From: an uncultured bacterium
GTDB taxonomy: Bacteria > Oederibacteriota > Oederibacteriia > Oederibacteriales > Oederibacteriaceae
Length of the DNA: 64,000 nucleotides
Direction of reading: 5' to 3'
Assembly: GCA_965112635.1 (NCBI GenBank)
Contig: OZ218778.1
Coordinates: 160,001 to 224,000, forward strand
Below, piece by piece: positions 58,408 to 64,000 of the stretch. The notes under the pieces are model-generated. The model searched no databases, was not told the DNA's origin, and was given only the letters and a program-made list of their open reading frames with translations. How positions within the stretch are numbered: position 1 is the first letter of the stretch; each line of letters starts with the position of its first letter. The position numbers and the translations under genes are program-made.

Positions 58408-61400
58408 ATGAAAACAAAATATTTTACATACAGCAGCCTGATCGTCTATTTATTCCTTCTTCTGATGTTCCCTACCCCGTTACAGCCAGCAGTATGCAGC
58501 AATAATCCCGGCAAGGACGGCTCGGGAAACATTGGGGGAGTGGTCAACACCTACTACCCTGCCACGGCCTCAGTGGGCGCCGGAGCCGGAGCCATCCCCG
58601 TGGGTCCTATTAATGCCTGGGGCAGTCAGACCCCCATTTCAGCCGGAGACCTGCTCTTGGTCATCCAGATGCAGGATGCCACCATAGACTATACCGATAC
58701 GGATTCCTACGGGGACGGCACAGCTGGAGCTCCGGCCTCAGGTCAAACCGGCGTGGGCAACACCGGTACATTCGAATACGTGCTGGCCTCAGGTCCGGTA
58801 GCCGGCGGCGTTGTTCCCCTGAGTACTCCCCTGCAGAATGCCTACCACGAGGCTGCGGCCACAGCCACGCTGGGACAAAAGACCTATCAAGTGGTGAGGG
58901 TGCCCCAATACGCCAATCCTTCGTTGACCTCAAACTTGACCGCGGCCTACTGGAACGGCAGCAGCGGCGGTGTCCTGGCCTTTGACGTCTGCGGCACCAT
59001 GAACCTGAACAATGCCACGGTCAGTGTGGACGGTACTGGTTTCCGCGGAGGTGGCGGCTTTTTAGGCACAGGCGGAGGTGACGTTGCTGGTTATGTGACG
59101 GTGGTCGACCCCACGGGCGCAGATACCAGCGCCGAGAAAGGCGAGGGCATCGCGGGAACACCTCGGTTGGTCGCCAATGCCTATGGAGGGACCATTATTG
59201 ACACCGGAGTGGAGGGATACCCTGGAGGGAGTGCGCGCAGGGGAGCGCCCGCTAACGCGGGCGGGGGCGGCAACCAATGGCAGTCGGGAGGAGGAGGAGG
59301 CTCCAACGCTGGTGCAGGCGGCACTGGTGGAGATACCATTTCTTTCATCGACGATCCGTACGGAGGTTATGGGGGAGCGGTCTTTCCCTCTTCCAGCACC
59401 AGCCTGATCATGGGAGGCGGAGGCGGAGCTGGAGCCAGTAATAACGGCGGGAATGAAGTGAATTTCTGCAGCGGAGGAGCCGGAGGCGGGATCGTGATGA
59501 TCCGCACGGGTTCGGTTGCCGGAACAGGCACGATCTCGGCTAATGGAACTAAGGGAGTGGATGGGGGTGCCTGGGATGAAAACAACGCAGGAAACAATAA
59601 TGAATCCGCCTCAGGAGGAAGCGGCGGTGGAGGAAGCGTCCTGATCAGCTCCGCGGGAGCCCTGGGTGGATTGACCTGTGAACGCCAACGGAGGAGCTGG
59701 TGGGGACAATCTGCCCCGGTCCAATCCTCCTAATTACCTCCACGGTCCGGGAGGCGGGGGTGGCGGAGGAGCGGTGTTTCTTTCCGGCGCTCCAGCTGCA
59801 GCCACGGTTAATGGAGGAGCTCCTGGAACAACAGGTGGGGTAAATTACAATGCCACAACGGGGTCCGCAGGGCAAATAAGCACTTCCCTAGCCTCCAACA
59901 CCTGCTCAGGAGCCTGCGGCCCGGCATCTACCCCGTCGCTTACACCTACCCTGGAACCGGTTGCCTGCACGACCCCGGGCAGTAGCACTGCCACGCTTTC
60001 CGGGGTCATTAATACCTATTATCCGGGGGCCAACGGAACCGTGACTCAGGGATCTATGGCTATCCCGGTGGGAGCCATGCGGGCCGGCGGCGGGCCCGCC
60101 ATTGCGGCCGGAGACCTGCTCTTGGTCATCCAAATGCAGGCGGCTACTATAAATTCAAGCAATACGGCCTTTTATGGGGATGGGACAGGCAACGCCTCGG
60201 GGTCCACCAGCCTGCAAAACGCCGGAGTTTTTGAATACGCGGTGACCACAGGGCCGGTTGTGGGTGGTGTCGTTTCACTCATGGGTCCTTTGATGAACTC
60301 CTATACCAACGCGGCAGCCACCGGCGTGCAAGGCCAGGAGACCTATCAGGTGGTGAGGGTTCCGCAGTATTTTAACGCCACCTTGACCGGAGGTTTGACT
60401 GCTCTGCCCTGGGACGGTTCCAGCGGAGGCATCCTGGACTTTAATGTCTCGGGCACACTGAATTTGAACGGAGCCACGGTAAACATAGATGCTATGGGTT
60501 TCCGCGGTGGCGGCGGCAGGCAGCTCGGGGGCGGGGCAGGTGGATTGCTGACGGACTTTGTGAACCTTTCCACCAATAATTTCTATGGTCAAAAAGGAGA
60601 AGGCATCGCGGGCACTCCTAGGTTTGTATATGATTCCGTGACCATGGCTGAGGTGGATACTGGAGTGGAAGGATACCCCAATGGCAGTACTTGCCGGGGA
60701 GCACCGGGTAATGGCGGCGGGGGTGGCAGTGATGACTATCCGATTGGCAACCTGGACAACGCTGGTGGCGGTGGAGGAGGCAATGGCGGCACAGGAGGCA
60801 AGGGAGGAAATACCTGGAATCAGGATTTACCTATAGGAGGATACGGAGGAGTGGCGTTCCCAGCCTCAGCCAACAGACTTATCCTGGGAGGAGGCGGAGG
60901 AGCCGGAGATGATAATAATAGTGGAAATCCTAGCAGCAGCGGTGGATCAGGAGGAGGATTAGTCATCATCAAGGCCTGCACCTGTATCAGTACCGGGACC
61001 ATTACAGCCAATGGCGGATTTGGGGTAACCCCAGGCCTTGACGCAGGCGGTGGCGGTGGTGCGGGAGGAAGCGTGGTGTTCTTGACAGGAGGAGGAATAG
61101 GCGGACTGACCTTGCACGCCGACGGCGCCAATGGAACAGATGCTTCTTTGTCTTGGGCGAATCCTCCACCCTGGCATGGGCCCGGAGGTGGAGGTGGTGG
61201 CGGTGTAATATTTGTTTCCGGCGCCCCGGCTGCAGCTACGGCCAATGGAGGTATGAACGGATCAACAGGTATTCCATTATCTCTTTATAGTTCTAAACCG
61301 GGGAATAACGGCATTATTTCCACTACTCTTCCCTATCCTGAGCAAGGATGTATTTGCGGTATTTCTCCAACATTCACATCCACTGCTACCATCACGTCAA

Positions 61401-62776
61401 CCAGTACAAGCACAGCGACGGCGACACCTACCGCAACCGTTACGGTCAGTCCTACGTTGACCTCCACAAACACAACCAGTGCTACGGCCACCATCACCCT
61501 AACCAGTACGGCCACAGAGACTGCAACCCCTACGGCCACGGCGACGACTTTGTACTCCTCGACCAGTACGAATACAACTACTGAAACGGCAACGCCTACT
61601 GGCACATCGACACCTTTACCCACCTCGACCACTACAAACACCACCACCGAGACAGCGACGGCTACGACTACATCCACCATCACCCTAACTCAAACCAACA
61701 CCGTAACATTTTCTGTGACCTTAACCTCCTCTCTGACCTGGACCTCTTCCCAGACCTGGACTCCCTCCAAGACTCCCACGCAGACCTGCACGGCTACCGT
61801 GACCGCTACCAACACTCCAGTCATGACCAACCTGGAATTAAAGGTCTACAACGAGGCGGGAGAGGTGGTCAGGACCCTTCCCAACCTGCTGGTCTTGGGA
61901 GGCTTCAGCGGTATCCAGCTCACTCCGGGAAGCGGCTCCCCTGCTTTTGACCCCAGCACCGGTATTTTTGACATAGAGGTCCTCAGCAGCGGCATCGTGT
62001 ATCACATCCCCTGGGACGGCAAGAGCGATCTGGGCTATCTTGTGGACAGCGGGCAATACATTCTCAAGGCTGATATCCCAGGCCAGCCAGGCAATACGGT
62101 CACCATGGGCTTGACCGTGCTCAAGGCAGGAGACTATTTGACCGTCAGCGTCTATACCCCCAGCGGTGAACTGGTCAAACAGCTGTACAGCAGCTACCTG
62201 GTGCAAGGGCAATTGGGAGGCATGGATTTGACCAGTAAATTACTGCAGATAAGTAATCAGACCATAGGAACAGTTAAAATTGGGATAGACGTTATATCCT
62301 CTACCGGAACCTTGATAGCGGACAACCTAGGACCTTTGAACCAGGCCCGCCTGGTTTGGGACGGCACCACGGCTTTGGGCAATTATGTACAGAGCGGAGA
62401 GTATTTGATCAAGATAGAGCAGGTCTACAACCATCAGCATGACGTGGTGGTGCAAAGCGTAACCGTGTTAAGCTCCGATTTGAACGGGTTTATGGACGCT
62501 TCGGTCTATCCCAACCCGTACCTCTCCACCCCTGACCACAAGGTATGGTTCAAGGTCACTTTGCAGGACCAATCCAACCTGACCGTGAGAATTTACAATG
62601 TGGTGGGAGAGCTGGTGAACACCCTCAGCTTGCCTGCGGCCGGGCCTGGAGTAGCTTCCGTAGGTTGGGACATGACCTCAGTAGCCAGCGGTCTTTATGT
62701 GGGGATCGTGGAGGCCGACTCCCAGGTCAGCGGACAAACGCAGAAAAAACCTTTGAAAATTAGTGTCATCAAATAA
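58408..62776 (+). CDS. Large secreted adhesin-like protein with two glycine-rich domains, Thr-rich linker, FlgD-like Ig domains and CTD (subtype b), frameshifted
   Basis: ORFs 58378-59733 and 59678-62776 join if the extra T at 59677 is removed (GGLTVNANGGAG). Duplicated NTYYP...GDLLLVIQMQ...YQVVRVPQY...GFRGGGG domain. Confidence 0.8.
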
Positions 62777-62894
62777 GTCAGCTTATATCCATCTCAGAAT
62801 ATCCTTGTTTTTCCTTCCAAAAAATCCATTAAACTCACGATTATTTGAGGTTTACTCTTTATTATTCTCTTAAAGGGGACTATTTCTTGTGACA

Positions 62895-62922
62895 GGAACA
62901 TTTTGTGACTATAATTGTCTAA
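62895..62922 (+). promoter_or_regulatory. ECF (sigmaE-like) promoter
   Basis: GGAACAT-N15-GTCTAA. Confidence 0.5.
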
Positions 62923-62978
62923 TTAAGTAAGAATTTTGTTAAAAAAATGATAATAATAGGGTTAAAGAGAAATCAAAA

Positions 62979-64000
62979 ATGGCTAGAACACAGGAACAAA
63001 TCGCCTTGGTAAGGAAATATTTTTTTATCCCTCTGTTTCTACTATTATTTTTTCCCCAAATGGCCTCCGGCTATATTGTGACTGCGGACCTAGAATGCTG
63101 CGGAGACGATCATTGCCAATTTTATATTAACGGGACTTTAGGCGGCCAAACCGGCTGGAACTTTGACCAGATGATTAATTATTCCACCGCGGACGGGACC
63201 CTCGACCTGAACGATTTCCTTCCCGGTGTGCAAAACCTCATTGCCTGCGACAATCCGCCCAATACTGGAGGCCCGCAGTGCATCACCTTCCGCCTGACCG
63301 TCCGTTATTCCGACGGTACCACGGATGTCGTTTGGAGCAATCCTGACGCCACCTCGAAGTTCTTTCATGTGCAGTGGCCCCTGCCCGTACCCGTGGGATG
63401 GATGAACCCGGGGTTCAATGATTCGGCCTGGACCACGCCTTTTGACATTACGTACGAGGACTCAGGGTATTATGTGATGCCTGATGCATCCAATGTCCCG
63501 TATGGTTATGTGCCCTGGCTTTCGAATTCGCAACCATTTGCCCCTGATCCTCCGGGCTCCCAGAATTTGTACAGGAATTATTTCAGCTTTCCCGGCTCCG
63601 GCATCAACCTGGCGAAAAGCGCTTCGGTCAGCTCCGTTATGACCGGAGGCCAGGTGGATTATACCCTGGCCATAGGCACTCTTAACGATACGGTCAGCAC
63701 CATCACGGTCTACGATACGGTCCCGGCAGGCACGGTCTATGTCCCCGGTTCTGTGACCGGCGGAGGGACTTATAACCCTGTCACCAATATGCTTTCCTGG
63801 ACCTACAACCTCACCGGACAGGTAACTTTCAATTATTCCAACCAGTATATTAGTTCCGTGATCAGCGCTCCGGGTTGGACCAGTCCGGCCAGCGCGGTAG
63901 GAGTGACCCAGGGCGCTTTTGGAACAATGTTCACGCCCGGGAACACGGGATGGTTCCAGGTGGCGGCTCCCAATGTCGCTAATCAAAACCAATATATTAT
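62979..64000 (+). CDS. Secreted protein with DUF11-like Ig domain (3' truncated by window; missing from ORF track)
   Basis: Frame from ATG 62979: MARTQEQ...FLLLFFPQMASG-YIV signal peptide; INLAKSAS......GGQVDYTLAI......TITVYDTVPAGTVYVPGS. Confidence 0.8.
   Translation, partial: MARTQEQIALVRKYFFIPLFLLLFFPQMASGYIVTADLECCGDDHCQFYINGTLGGQTGWNFDQMINYSTADGTLDLNDFLPGVQNLIACDNPPNTGGPQCITFRLTVRYSDGTTDVVWSNPDATSKFFHVQWPLPVPVGWMNPGFNDSAWTTPFDITYEDSGYYVMPDASNVPYGYVPWLSNSQPFAPDPPGSQNLYRNYFSFPGSGINLAKSASVSSVMTGGQVDYTLAIGTLNDTVSTITVYDTVPAGTVYVPGSVTGGGTYNPVTNMLSWTYNLTGQVTFNYSNQYISSVISAPGWTSPASAVGVTQGAFGTMFTPGNTGWFQVAAPNVANQNQYI

Overview
Chromosomal window from a GC-moderate diderm bacterium (kdsD and an outer-membrane PorV-type barrel are present). 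The gene content is reminiscent of candidate phylum FCPU426, which is an inference only. It has three layers. (1) Carbohydrate catabolism: three Gfo/Idh/MocA oxidoreductases, xylose-isomerase-like TIM barrels, ThuA, two URO-D/MtaA-like proteins, GH38, GH94, a GH99/WbsX-like protein, a BNR propeller, a SIS protein, uncharacterised GH-like barrels and two AraC regulators. (2) Seven large Cys-rich secreted proteins, plus a probable eighth cut by the window end, built as signal peptide + shuffled passenger modules + Thr-x-Thr linker + T9SS-like C-terminal Ig domain (CTD). Three CTD subtypes occur, one co-encoded with its own PorV-family gene. Three of these genes are frameshifted. Two are preceded by the same unrecognised ~185-nt structured leader, a candidate new riboswitch. 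(3) A variable region at ~25.1-31.7 kb with RelE-type and MNT-HEPN toxin-antitoxin modules and a tandem duplication in which different low-GC cargo genes sit between the same inverted repeat pair. Also present are tRNA-Val(CAC) with a cloverleaf-like structured element upstream and two copies of an IS200/IS605-type MITE. No CRISPR array, cas gene, integrase or transposase was seen.
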